Source of the DNA: Eledone cirrhosa
Taxonomy: Eukaryota
Direction of reading: 5' to 3'
DNA length: 64,000 nt
Assembly: GCA_964016885.1 (NCBI GenBank)
Contig: OZ024742.1
Location: 292,206,001-292,270,000 of the forward strand
Shown here: one piece after another, positions 1 to 10,539 of the stretch
How the letters are laid out: every line of letters starts with the position of its first letter
Position numbering within the stretch: position 1 is the stretch's first letter
Program-made: the position numbers and the translations under genes
The notes under the pieces: model-generated
Databases searched by the model: none
What the model saw: only the letters and a program-made list of their open reading frames with translations
What the model was told of the DNA's origin: nothing

Positions 1-1642
1 ACTAGATGAGATGCAATTTGGGTTTGTACCAGGAAGAGGCACCACTGATGCCCTCTTCCTTGTGAGGGAGTTACAGGAAAAGTAACTAGCTAAAAGTAAG
101 CCACTCTACCTGGCATTCATTGATCTCGAGAAAGCCTTTGACAGAGTTCCACGTGCTGTAATCTGGTGGGTTCTTAGAAAACTAGGAGTAGATGAATGGC
201 TTGTGAAAACTGTACAAGCCATGTATAGGGGAGCAATCAGCAAAGTTAGGATTAGCAATGAGTATAGCGAGGAATTTAGCGTACAGGTTGGTGTCCACCA
301 GGGCTCTGTTCTTAGCCTTCTCCTGTTCATCATAGTCCTGCAGGCAATAACGGAGGAGTTTAAGACCGGATGCCCATGGGAACTCCTGTATGCTGATGAC
401 CTCGCACTTATAGCTGAATCTATGGTTGAACTAGAGAAGAAATTCCAAACTTGGAAGCAGGGACTAGAAAGAAAGGGTCTGAAAGTCAACATGACAAAGA
501 CTAAGGTCCTTGTAAGTAGACGAGAAAACAGAACCCAGATCCCCCCAGGGAAATGGCTTTGTTCAGTATGTAGGAAAGGTGTAGGTAGGAACTCCATTCT
601 CTGCCCCAAATGCAAACAATGGGTACACAAGAGATGTAGCGGGATCTCAGGAAGCTTAATTAAGAATGTAGGATTCACATGCAGCAGCTGTGCTGGGACA
701 GCAAGCAGCAAACAGCCAGAGGAAACAAGTACCACCAATCTCTGGGAGGGCTCTGTAGAAACAGTAGACAGCTTCTGCTACCTAGGTGACCGAATTAGCA
801 GCAGAGGTGGGTGTTCAGAAAGTACAATAACTAGGGTAAGAACGGGATGGAAGAAGTTCAGGGAACTACTGCCACTGCTAGCTGCAAAAGGCTTCTCCCT
901 CAAAATGAAAGGCAGTCTGTATGATGCGTGTATCTGAACACCAATGTTACATGGTAGTGAGACCTGGGCGCTGAAGGTGGAAGACTTGCGTAGATTAGAA
1001 AGAAACGAAGCCTGCATGCTCCGATGGATGTGTAATAGTAATATTACGACAAAGCATAAATGAATTGAGAGAGAGACTGAGCATAAGAGGAATCAAATGC
1101 TGTGTGCAGGAAAGGCGGTTGCGTTGGTATGGACATGTGATGCATATGAAGGATGACAGCTGCATAAAAAGGTGCAGAATACTAGAAGTCCGCGGAGTGG
1201 GGAGACCCAATAAGACCTGGGATGAGGTGATAAAAGCTGAGCTTACCCAATTACACCCTCTAAGGCGATGTCACATGAGCGTGACCTCTGGCGTTACGCA
1301 GTAATACAGAGTACCCGACCTCCCATGGGTACAAGCTGAAGCATATAGACAATATGCCCCCACACCTCCCACTGCATGGTGGTCGTGGAGGTGCCACGGC
1401 TAAAAAGGACCCAGCCCACACTGTAAAGTGGACGTGTAGGTGCCACGGAAAAAGCACCCAGCACTCACTGTAAATGAGGTTGGTGTTAGGAAGGGCATCC
1501 AGCTGTTGAGATCAAGCCAAAATCAGTTCCTGTATGAGCAAGGCATGGTCAGCCGACCTGACACTGCCCACAACAGGACAACCCATCTAACCCATGCTAG
1601 CATGGAAGAACGGATGTAAAACAGTGATGATGATGATGATGA

Positions 1643-1646
<4 letters not shown>
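1..1646 (+). mobile_element. RTE-clade non-LTR retrotransposon (subfamily 1), RT region to 3' end, degenerate; continues beyond window start
   Basis: ORF 203-937 has RT motifs [36 protein letters not shown]-type C-terminus RRLRWYGHVMHM...GRPNKTW in ORF 1065-1304. 3' UTR ends in (ATG)n then (TA)n. Stops and frameshifts present. Confidence 0.93.
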
Positions 1647-1682
<36 letters not shown>

Positions 1683-1729
1683 ATAAAATAACAGGAGGCT
1701 GGATTGTGTAAATCCTTGAAAGGTTTATT

Positions 1730-1787
1730 ATACTATGATCATTTCAATGACTGGGTTCCGTATGAATCCGGTGATATCATCAGGTAT
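1730..1787 (-). ncRNA. Type I hammerhead ribozyme motif in a (TA)n-flanked non-coding unit (about 1680-2585)
   Basis: Minus strand: atac-CTGATGA-[imperfect stem II]-GAAA-tgatca-TA-gtat. Stem I atac/gtat; palindromic minimal stem III. Confidence 0.65.
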
Positions 1788-2746
1788 TCGAAATATAATA
1801 AATGAATGTAACAGATAAAATCCATGGGGCTGAAAATCATAGACCCGAGGACGACCGACCATCTAGCATCTTCCACTTTAGCCGGTCGGCCTCAAGTGCT
1901 GGCTATTCGGTCTACTTAGGGCTATCCTGTGCAAAGAGAAAAAAAAACAAAGACAGAAAGAAAGAAGAAAAGTCAGCGTTAATGTCATGCTACAATCAGG
2001 CTAGGAATTGCCGCAAAAAATGTTATTCTAAAGAACCTGTATCTTAACAGAGGTATATATTCTAACTGAGGTATATATAGTGGGCGTCTGCATGGTATAA
2101 TGTGTGAACAGAAAATTGGAACGTTAAATTTTTGTTTAGATTTATAGGATGAAATTTAAAAAAATTAAATTAAAGATTAAAATTATAAAATTAAAAAAAT
2201 TTTTGGTTTTGGTTGTGAGATTTAGTTAAAGAATTTACAGAGAGAGTCTTTTATGAAAAATTTTAAGTGTATTCTAGAGATCCTCGATAAGTTTTCAGGG
2301 TGGGATATAGAGTAAAGATTAAGTCCTTGTTTAGCAGTCAAACAGCACGCGACGACTGCAGACTCCGGCCATCCCATCCTAACCACGTGTCAGCCATTCC
2401 GAGTGAAACCGTTTAGCGAGAGATATGGAAATCAATATTTTTCTGAGCATTCAAGATATGTAACTGTTCTAGGCTTTGGGTGTGCTAGTGGGAAGTCAGC
2501 CATCGTCGTTAGGCCATCGTTATACCAAATGAGTACTATTAATTTACACAGGAGGGGGATTTGTTTAAGTGCCAGTATAGTGCCAGTATATATATATATA
2601 TATATATATATATTGGGTCCAGTTGTTGATGTGGTATTCTATGTTTGATATTCCCCTGTAGTCAGTATCCTTAAGAGGCAGAGTGTTAATGATATTAATA
2701 ATATGTAGCAGGAATGAAGTATCAATACAGCATCATTAAGTTTATT

Positions 2747-2839
2747 CACATGTGACATGCATTTCACAATTGATCAGCTCAAGGTATGATGGATATTGAT
2801 TGTGCCTGACTCTGGAAATGATAGCTCATCAGACTTGTG
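2747..2839 (-). ncRNA. Type I hammerhead ribozyme motif with extended stem II
   Basis: Minus strand: cacaagt-CTGATGA-gct...long insert...-GAAA-tgcatg-TC-acatgtg (stem I has one mismatch). Homologous to the motif at 36573-36659. Confidence 0.6.
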
Positions 2840-3256
2840 GATTCTCTAATGAATGTAGATATCTCTGTGATAACATTATATATATTCAAGGCATTGCTAA
2901 TTCATATTCAGTTGCGGTGTCATGCTATCCATTGGATTTCATTGGTTTGTATTATAGTTTTTAGCCGTGTCAGAGATTCGTTAGTAGCAGTATTAGAAAG
3001 AATGGAGGAAGAGAGAAAGGAAGAATGGAATATGCTGGCGATGTTTTCGTTAGTAGAATATGTTGTCTTCTGTGAGTTTCTTTGAAGATGCAGCAGCCAT
3101 GGACTGGTTCTTGTTAGATAGATTACTGTGTCTATCTGAGGAATGACTGTTGGTACCTGAAATTAGGTTAGCATTCATAAACATATATGTGTGTGTGTAT
3201 ATATACACATCAATACACAAATACATAAATAGCCACTCATTAATAACCCCTCACTT

Positions 3257-3258
<2 letters not shown>

Positions 3259-3349
<91 letters not shown>

Positions 3350-3358
3350 AGAGAGAGA
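3259..3358. repeat. (GA)n microsatellite
   Basis: About 100 bp of GA dinucleotide repeat. Confidence 0.95.
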
Positions 3359-4647
3359 CGCCATTTCTGTGACAGGGAACTAATTAAGTCTACCCCAATA
3401 AAAACCAACACAATATTAAAACAATAAACTATATTTTTTAATAAGAATTTTCCTCCAATAAACCACAGAATACATTCTTGGTGAAGAACTACCAATTCCA
3501 TTTAGATTAACCAAAATCATCTCTAAGATGCTGCATTATTCCATCAAGCTAAATATAATAATTGTAGTTATTTAATCATCTGAGTAACAAAATATACCAG
3601 AGACCTCCCCATTCAGACCTCTTGTGTCCTTAGTCCCATGACTGCCATTTTCCTTTGCCAAACTGAAATGAGGGCATCACACCTGAAGAAAGAGTCCCAT
3701 GAGGTGGGATGGATGATGCAGTGAGTATCATTGGCTATTCTCCACAGTAATGCTTTCAATATCTTCTAGGCGTGCAGCTAAAATATCATATTGTACTATA
3801 GGCCCTCAACTCCTGATTGAACCGTAGGTATGTCATTGTGACATGTTGTGAACCAGTCTTCTCCATCTGTTGCAATTATGTACTAGATCATTGTATCATG
3901 CCGAATCTCACTGAGATTAAAGTTGTATGTTGTATGTACATGTCTATGGAATGCTCACTCACTTGCACATTAATTTCACAAGCAGGCAATTCTGCTGTTC
4001 AAACAGCTGGAATATTTGTTGTTGAAACTGATAGAGGACCAACATATATATATATATACACATATACAATGTGTGGGCTATATAGGATGTAGCAGTGGTC
4101 TTGATATGTCTTCTAAATTAATAAAACCTTAAATGTCTTCAGGGTATCCAACATAAACCAGACATTTTATTAGTCTCCACCTATGTTCTACACTTTCTTT
4201 GACTGAATTTCTCAATCACATTTTAATTCACTCTAATAACTGTTTTTTTTTCATCATGCCTTCCGCCCCACCACTTTTTTCTTCCTTTCCATCCGTTCCT
4301 CTCACACATGGCAACCCCTCTCTCTTCCCTTCATTAACCAAATCTAACATTGTTCCAAGAATGCTGCCAAGTAAATGGTGTAGACAAGGACAGGACACAA
4401 AAATGTCTGCACCCCCCCCCCCCCCCCCGCACATTACCTTTATGATGTAAACAACAACAACAACAGCAGTGACAACACCACCACCACCACCACAACAATA
4501 ACACCAACTATGACAGCAACAACAGCAATGAAGACAACAACAATGACATCACCAGCATCTCCAGCTCCACCATCACAACAACAACAATAATAACAGCAGT
4601 AAAGATGATGGCTCTCAATAACAACAAGAACAATATATATATATATC

Positions 4648-4834
4648 TAATTGTTTCTACTATTGGCACAAGGCCAGCAATTACCCAGTACATTACTGGT
4701 ACTTATTTTATCGACCCTGTAAGGATAAAAGGCAAAGTTAACCTCGGTGGGATTTGAACTCAGACCATAAAGGGGCATAACTCTATGCTGGAAAGCATGG
4801 CATCCAACCCTCTACCGATACTGCCAATTCACCA
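4648..4834 (-). mobile_element. tRNA-derived SINE, family A
   Basis: Minus strand: ggtgaattggcagtatcggtagag (A-box-like) ... gagttcaaatcc (B-box) ... gtcgataaaataagtaccagtaatg ... gtagaaacaatt. Multiple copies in the window. Confidence 0.8.
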
Positions 4835-5031
4835 ATGACTAGTTCTATCTAGTGGTAAGCCATCAAACTTAAATGAATACATATATATACAAGGTGTTCA
4901 AAATAATTGTTTCTACTTTAGGCACAAGGCCAGCAATTACCCAGTGCAAAATAATGTATACACACTTCAACAGCATTCTAATAAATATGTTTATTCATTT
5001 TTTGGGGACACCCTGTGTATATATATATAAT

Positions 5032-5378
5032 GGAGGTATATGGCTTAGTGGTTAGAACATCGGCCTTGCAATCGAAAGGTTGTGAGTTCAATTCTCAGAC
5101 CGGGTGATGTGTTGTTTCCTTGAGCAAGACACTTTATTTCACATTGCTCCAGTTTACTCAGCTGTAGAAATGAGATGATAGGGACTGGTGTCCCTATCAT
5201 TCCACTGCAAAGTGGTCGTGTAGGTGCCACGGCAAAAAAGCCCCCAGCACTCACTGTAAATGAGGTTGGTGTTAGGAAGGGCATCCAGCTGTAGAAATCA
5301 AGCCAGAATCAGTTCCCGTCCCACCCTTGCAAGCAGGGAAAAGTGGACGTAAAATGATGATGATGATGATGATGATGA
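5032..5378 (+). mobile_element. tRNA-derived SINE, family B (CORE-like middle, RTE-derived 3' tail)
   Basis: A-box tggcttagtggtt; B-box gagttcaattc; central ccttgagcaagacacttt; tail matches the RTE 3' UTR (gaggttggtgttaggaagggcatccagctg) and ends in (ATG)n. Confidence 0.88.
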
Positions 5379-5670
5379 TATATAATGATATATATATATA
5401 TATAAATGGAAAAAATGGAACGAAATTTCATTTCTCACTCTTAGTACGGCTGTTACTTAAATATAAGTATGTATACGTACATACATATATGTATACAGAC
5501 ATACAGTAGTATGTATATATATACATTCATGCACACATATATATATGTACATATGGATTCACCGAACATTTATTATAATGCTCGGTGTGTTTGTAAACAA
5601 ACATCCCGAATTAAGCCGTACAGTATTTAGCAACCATCGTTGCCCTTTTTGTTCAACACTGACAAAGGAA

Positions 5671-5711
5671 CAATGTACTAGTTTCAAGCTTATTAGCTAT
5701 CGTCAGCACCG
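5671..5711 (-). ncRNA. Minimal type I hammerhead ribozyme (mirror of 6061-6101)
   Basis: Minus strand: cggtg-CTGACGA-t-agct-aata-agct-t-GAAA-ctag-TA-cattg. Confidence 0.75.
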
Positions 5712-6060
5712 TATACCTTCCTGCCAGATGATTGAACGTCTGAAAGTATATACTTTCATTTTTCATATTAACGGCTGAGCAGCCTAGTTTGCATATCGAG
5801 TGAGTTAATCGGCCGGGCGCACCGAAAACGATAAACGGAAAAAAATGAATACATATATGTATGTACGTATACATACTTATATTTAAGTAACAGCCGTACT
5901 AAGTGTGAGAAATGAAATTTTGTTTCATTTTTTCCGTTTATCGTTTTCGGTGCGCCCGGCCGATTAACTCACTCGATATGCAAATTAGGCTGCTCAGCCG
6001 TTAATATGAAAAATGAAAGTATATACTTTCAGACGTTCAATCATCTGGCAGGAAGGTATA

Positions 6061-6101
6061 CAGTGCTGACGATAGCTAATAAGCTTGAAACTAGTACATC
6101 G
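6061..6101 (+). ncRNA. Minimal type I hammerhead ribozyme
   Basis: cagtg-CTGACGA-t-agct-aata-agct-t-GAAA-ctag-TA-catcg; palindromic ACTAGT stem III. Confidence 0.75.
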
Positions 6102-6461
6102 TTCCTTTGTCAGTGTTGAACAAAAAGGGCAACGATGGTTGCTAAACACTGTACGGCTTAATTCGGGATGTTTGTTTACAAACACACCGAGCATTATAAT
6201 AATGTTCGGTGAATCCATACGTACATATATATATATGTGTGCATGTATGTATATATATACATACTACTGTACGTCTGTATACATATATGTATGTACGTAT
6301 ACATACTTATATATATATATATGTATATATAGCGGCGATGAATTAGTTTAGCGAGGTTTTTTATATGAAATCGTGTGTCGAAACAAATATTGTTATACTT
6401 GAGGAGGGTCATATTTGTGTAATATTGCCAGAATTAATAACAGAACACACTCACTGTTTGG

Positions 6462-9318
6462 TTGGTTTTCGCTTCTCGCTGTCTTTATAACTCTGGGTAT
6501 AGAAATAACAGCCATAACCATAGCAATGGCAGGAAAGTGAGAAATAGTGATAATGGTAATAATACTAGCGATAGACAGAACAACAACAACCACAATAATA
6601 ATAATAATAGAAACATTAACCACAGACACAGCAACAGCGACCACAGTAGTAGTAACGGTAACAATACGAACAACAACAACAATAACCACAGTGGTAATAA
6701 TGGAAATAGTACATGTAGCAACATCAACAAAAACAAGAAACATAATAAAAGTAACAACCACAATGGTAGAAATAACAGTAACAACAACAACAATAACGGT
6801 GAAGTAAACAACAATACATCTAGCAATCATAACAATAATAATAATGCTAATGATAGAAACACCAACAACCACCCTGATAACAACAATAGCAACACACACA
6901 ACTATGACGATAGATGTAATGACAACCCCTTAGAGAAACTATTTTTCAACCCAGCTGACAAAACATATAAGATGGGTAATATCTATCCTACGAGGTTACC
7001 CTTTAATAAAAGAGTTTGCATACCACAACAAATAGATGACGAGACAGAGGCACAGTTTACCATAGCTAGAAATAAGATTAGACAAGTAGTAGACAGGTAT
7101 ACTAAGAGACAGAGCAGACCAGAGGCCCAACAACTTAGGAGGTAACCTGTAGAAGGCTTGGTTAGCCTCAAGCAGCGCACAAGGGATGGTGAGGTAGTGT
7201 GTCTACCCACAGATAAGTCTGGTAGGATGTCAATAGATAGCATGCCGAACTACATCGAGGCTATGCAACCCCACATCACCAACACGAGCGAAGTTGCACA
7301 ACAAACACACGATGGGAGAGAAAAAATCCTCAACGCTCACATGATGATGTGGACTGACATCCTAAAGCCAAGCAGACGCACTGCCAACAACTTCCAGGCG
7401 TCTAACAATGGCATACCACCCTTGTATGGGCTCCGCAAAGACCACAAGACAGTCGACGACCCGACAACAGGGCCACCAACAAGACCCGTATGCGGAGCTA
7501 ATATAGCTAGCAACTACAGGATCTCCTACTTCCTCTCAATGGTTATACGCCCCATAATCAAGATGTCCCCAGATGTATGTGAAAGTACAGAGGACCTCCT
7601 CAGCAGAATCAGTGAGTGCAACAAAAACAGGAGCCTATCCAACTGCATAATAGGCAGCATGGATGTGGTGTCACTGTACCCATCCATTAACATTGATTTT
7701 GCTGTGAAAAGATGTGTGGAGATGATCATTGAGAGTGAGGTGGAGTTCTGCGACGTCGACACAGACGAACTGGGCCTCCTACTTAGACTTACCTACGACA
7801 CTGACTACCTAGACAGCCATGACCTTAGATGTTTCTGCCCCAGTAGACCTATAAGAGGTAGACCCCCACCATAACCTCAATGGCAAAAAAGACTCCCATG
7901 GGAAGGTGGATTGGGTGGACCAAAGCTATACGGACCCCCCAAAACAATGATCAGGTAAGAAAAATGGTCGCACATGCAATAGGGGCTAGTATCAAAACTA
8001 CCCTAAAGGGCCACATATTTAAGTTCAATGAGAAAATCTACACCCAAAATGAGGGAGCAGCCATCGGCGTCAGCATAGCTGGTGATGTTGCCAACCTTTT
8101 CATGATATGGTGGGAAAGGAGACTTAAAGATCTCCTTAATGAAAGCTCCATAGACCTCATCATGTACTCTCGTTATGTAGACGATATCAATATAGTTATA
8201 AGAACACTCCCACTAGAGAGCACTAACAAGTTTGATTTAGAACGTAGCACGATGGAAAGCATCCAGCAGATAGCTAATTCCATACACCAGAGTATAACTG
8301 TAACTTCCCTTCCAAACACCCTAACAATAGACTACCTGTATTAGACACGGAACTCTGGATTAACACTATAGACGAGAGAGCCCAAATTCTCCACTCACAC
8401 TATGCTAAACCCATGGCCTCCAAATACCTGATACTCAAAAACTCAGCAATGTCCAGTAGTGCTAAGTTTAATATTCTGATCGCAGATTTGGTACGAGTGA
8501 TGAAGAATGTGTCCAGCATGTGCGACCCAACAGAAATGGAAAGACACATCCAACACTTCATCAACCGCATGCAGTTCTCTGGCTACAACCAAAGAAACAG
8601 AGTCAGAGTATACGAAGGAGCCATGGAAAAGTATAAGACCCTCATAGAACTGGACATGAAAGGAATTTGCCCATTATACAGGAGCAAATCATGGAATAGC
8701 TTAGATAGGGCTAGACATAAGATAGGGAAGGCCACATCATGGTACGACAACCAAAGATATCAGAGTGTCATGTTTGTGGACGCCACCCCTGGAGGGAAAT
8801 TAGCTAACCAGTGTAGAAAGGCCCCGAGAAAGACCCACTTAAAAATAAAGGTGGTAGAAAAGCCAGGAACCACCATAAAATCCCTGATCAGCAAAACCTA
8901 CCCTTTTAAGAAAACCCACTGTACCAATAGGAAATGTATCATATGTAAGGTGAACCCCCGGATAAACTGTAAAACTAGAAACGTAGTCTATAGCATAAGA
9001 TGTACAGAGGGTACTTGCAGAAACATGACAACAACATACATAGGTGAGACAGCTCGTAGCATAGGTGAAAGGATAGACCAACATTGGGAACTTAAAGGAC
9101 GAAAAAACGGGTCAGTACTATACGAACATGCTAGACAACAACATGACGGTAACATAGACAACATAGAAATTAGAATAATATCTAAACATAGGAATGACCC
9201 AGCAGATGGGCAAATCAGAGAGGCCAGTGAAATAGAAATTAGAAGACCAAAGCTAAACAGAAAGAATGAGTGGAACAACAACACCCAAACAAACAACACT
9301 GACCTAAGAGAAGTATAA
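6462..9318 (+). pseudogene. Penelope-like RT-endonuclease ORF, broken by stops (7143, 7872) and a frameshift (about 8310)
   Basis: PTDKSG, PPLYGLRKDHK, PTRPVCG, SMDVVSLYPSI, GAAIGVSIAGDVANLFM, YSRYVDDI; Cys-rich linker CTNRKCIIC; GIY-YIG VVYSIRC...YIGETARSIGERIDQH. Asn-rich N-terminal part. Confidence 0.9.
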
Positions 9319-9586
9319 ATAAGTAAATTAAATAAAATAAAATAAGATAAATAAATACATACACAAGCACAATAACAACAAGCACATAAACACACACTAG
9401 TCACCCAGCAAACACAACACTATACACACTAGTCACACAGCAAACATAACACTATACACACACGCAAACGCATGCGCAAAGAAGACAAAATAAAATAAAC
9501 AAACAAGCAAATAAATAAATAAATATATAGACAGACTGAATAAAAAAATGGCGTAGACATACAACACAACAGGAGGAAAAAATATA

Positions 9587-9650
9587 ACACCACTGACGAT
9601 GTTGCAGACGTGCAACGAAAGATTTATGTAAATTATGTAAACTATATATA
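9587..9650 (+). ncRNA. Hammerhead-like core in the pLTR of Penelope element 1
   Basis: CTGACGA-t-gttgca-gacg-tgcaac-GAAA with a perfect 6-bp stem II. Stems I and III are not cleanly resolved. Confidence 0.55.
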
Positions 9651-9853
9651 TGTGTTTGTGTCTATATTGTATCTGTATTATTTTTGACCGTCGGTCAGTC
9701 AATGGCAACATTGAGGACCGAGTAAGTTAGATCGCAGATATAAAAGACAGCGAGAAGCGAAAACCAACCAAACAGTGAGTGTGTTCTGTTATTAATTCTG
9801 GCAATATTACACAAATATGACCCTCCCCAAGTATAACAATATATGTATATATG

Positions 9854-9884
<31 letters not shown>

Positions 9885-10092
9885 TATTTACATATCGAGT
9901 AAGAGAAAAAAAGGAAGGATAGGTGACACATGTAGTTATTTGCCAAATAACGTATGCAGAAGGTTCTCAATACTAGTGCCGGCAGTATTAAATATTAGAA
10001 GTGTTAATATTTAGTGGGCGAGAGAGTTAGCAGAGCGTAAGCACGTGGAAAAGTAAGAAATCGGAGAACAGACCGTTAATACATGTTTAACA

Positions 10093-10133
10093 GCACCTAC
10101 GTACGTTTCGCCCGGTTGGGCTTCTCAAGGGCA
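10093..10133 (-). ncRNA. Minimal type I hammerhead ribozyme with U3-A8 core covariant
   Basis: Minus strand: gccc-TTGAGAA-gccc-aacc-gggc-GAAA-cgtacg-TA-gg(t)gc. Confidence 0.75.
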
Positions 10134-10539
10134 TAAATAACCAAAAGTGTTCCTTACATGGCCCGGAAAGTGTTTTTGGGGGTAAGTTCACGTCATAGTT
10201 CATTCTTCGCAAAAAAAGCGTGTTTTGATTTTGCAGTAGGTCAAGATAGGTAACTCTGGCCGGTGTTAGGGCAGTCTTTCGCGGACAAATTTTTTATCCG
10301 TTACAAAATGTGGTTACAACCTTACCATTGTCGATACGCACAGGGTCAGGAAATCAACGCTTATTTTGAGACGTTTGTTTTTTCTGCACCTGCCCGCCTG
10401 AGTCATTTGAAGCTGGGTCTGCGATGCATGGTTAGTTTCCTGGATGTTTTTTGCAGCGCCTGCCCGCCGGGGTGTTAAAGCTTGTTGCAGGGAGACCTTG
10501 TACACAGTTTCACTCCTCATCCTTATCCCATCCTCATCC

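Larger units (their letters stand above)
5405..6312. mobile_element. Inverted pair of about 430-bp circularly permuted HHR-bearing monomers (pLTR-derived or retrozyme-like), (TA)n-flanked
   Basis: 5405-5849 is the reverse complement of sequence in 5850-6312. Each arm is terminally redundant with a period of about 430 bp. HHR on each arm. Confidence 0.8.
6332..9842 (+). mobile_element. Penelope-like retroelement 1 (RT + GIY-YIG) with 3' pLTR and inverted partial pLTR at the 5' end
   Basis: RT and GIY-YIG ORFs. 6387-6490 is the reverse complement of 9739-9842. HHR core at 9593-9620. Flanked by (TA)n. Confidence 0.92.

Noticed and set aside
106-738. Antisense ORFs over RTE, Penelope and Helitron coding regions
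   Set aside because: Shadow frames of transposon ORFs, with no independent motifs.
3683-3712. CTGAAGA followed by a gtcccat/gtgggat stem
   Set aside because: No GAAA or stem III downstream.
5032-5105. tRNA gene
   Set aside because: The tRNA-like head continues into a SINE body present in many copies; acceptor stem is not intact.
7143-7874. Selenocysteine or readthrough recoding in Penelope ORF 1
   Set aside because: The interrupting stops are TAA, not TGA, and a frameshift is also present; simple decay is more likely.
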